A stretch of 64,000 nucleotides of DNA from Macrostomum lignano (taxonomy: Eukaryota): the NCBI GenBank assembly GCA_002269645.1, contig NIVC01000040.1, positions 186,001-250,000 of the forward strand. Reading direction: 5' to 3'. The notes beneath the pieces were generated by a model. It ran no database searches and was not told the DNA's origin. It saw only the letters and a list, made by a program, of their open reading frames with translations. Of the stretch, positions 62,223-64,000 are shown piece after piece (the stretch's first letter is position 1; each line of letters opens with the position of its first letter). Both the position numbers and the translations under genes were made by a program.

Positions 62223-62684
62223 CCTTGCCCGCAAAGTCCATCTTCACTGACCACTACAATCGCAATATAGCAGCAAGTACGGCCAAAGATAATTAATGGA
62301 CCAGAAACGCAATTCAGCTAAAGAAATTACATGTAAACCTGCTGAATGCGTGGGCCGGACACTGCAGCCCTTGTGCTGCACGCAATGGAGGACAACTGCT
62401 CATTATAGCCGTTTAGCTAATAAATATTAACGAAGTCAATTGTGCAGCTGAAGAGCAGGGCAGGTAGGCTTGAGATGACGGCAACCAAGGGGAGGCTGCT
62501 TGAAGGACAGACTGCGGTGGCTGAGACAAGCCAGAGGTGGAGCAGATTGTACCCGTATAACAATAGGACTGGGTGTAGTGAGGCTGGCTGCTCACATACG
62601 AGCGTAAAAGCTCTTTCGTTTACTACTGCTTGATGAGAGCGTGTACTATTAGCTATGGAGCTGTACCTCTAGCTGGTAATAAAT

Positions 62685-63497
<813 letters not shown>

Positions 63498-64000
63498 CAG
63501 GCACAGACGGCAGCCATCGCTACCCGAGTGCAGCTGGATTTCAGCATGTTTAAAATGGCTTTCATCTCGCTAATTAACTGCGAACTGACATTCATCTGCG
63601 GTCAGACGCAGCTGCGCTGTAGGGGAGGGGGTTGCTCAGCAAAGCGGAACAGCAGCTCAGAAAACAGCAATCCGCATCCTCCGCCACACCTCACCAATTC
63701 TCTTCCTTATCTATATTACCTGAGAGAGCTTGCCAAGCTCAGGCCAATGCAGCACCGAGAGCCAGATCGGCGCTGATTGGCCCGACCGCGTGCACTGGTG
63801 GCAAAGCGGATGGGATTTTCGCTTGGATAGGCTGCGCAACCCCCTGCCCTTGTTGCTTGCGGCATCAGCCGAGGTACGTCAGGAGCCTGAGGGAGAGGAG
63901 AGAACAGAGAGATGATGGGTTAGGAGGAAATTAGAAAGACTAAAAGCCGCTCCTCCCAGAGGTTACCTATAGCTTTGTAGATTTCTCTCGCCCCTCCCCT

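Noticed and set aside
62237-62296. Peptide SIFTDHYNR resembling VIP/PACAP (xxFTDxYxR)
   Set aside because: Only a short match, with no signal peptide, dibasic sites or supported exon context.

Overview
Eukaryotic (bilaterian invertebrate) genomic DNA, not prokaryotic. Four spliced genes can be assembled by hand with consistent GT-AG phases. (1) A Cdx/caudal ParaHox gene on the minus strand: 3 exons, 16315->8428, 458 aa. (2) VPS26 retromer subunit on the minus strand: 4 clear exons plus a probable ATG-only first exon, about 31235->23745. (3) A canonical K-Ras-like Ras on the plus strand: 3 exons, 31874->41917, 190 aa, CaaX = CSLM, head-to-head with VPS26. (4) An Egr/Krox zinc-finger gene on the plus strand: 2 exons, 47766->53044, 454 aa. 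A fifth, unrecognised small spliced gene is possible at about 60.66-61.76 kb. By hand estimate about 40% of the window is tandem minisatellite arrays (about 30 different units, 4-44 bp), which explain nearly all long ORFs in the ORF track. Also present: a decayed mariner, three hAT-type MITEs with 8-bp TSDs, two copies of a palindromic MITE, and a tRNA-Glu-derived SINE-like element. The main second-look signals are: clustered TCF + helper-site (Wnt response) motifs around Cdx; a CArG/ETS serum response element and EGR-type sites upstream of Egr, next door to Ras; a coding tetrapeptide repeat in Egr; and a systematic placement of minisatellite arrays within about 30-155 nt of splice sites. The repeat landscape is reminiscent of Macrostomum-type flatworms, but the species is an unverified inference. 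All motif calls were read by eye, with no statistical testing.
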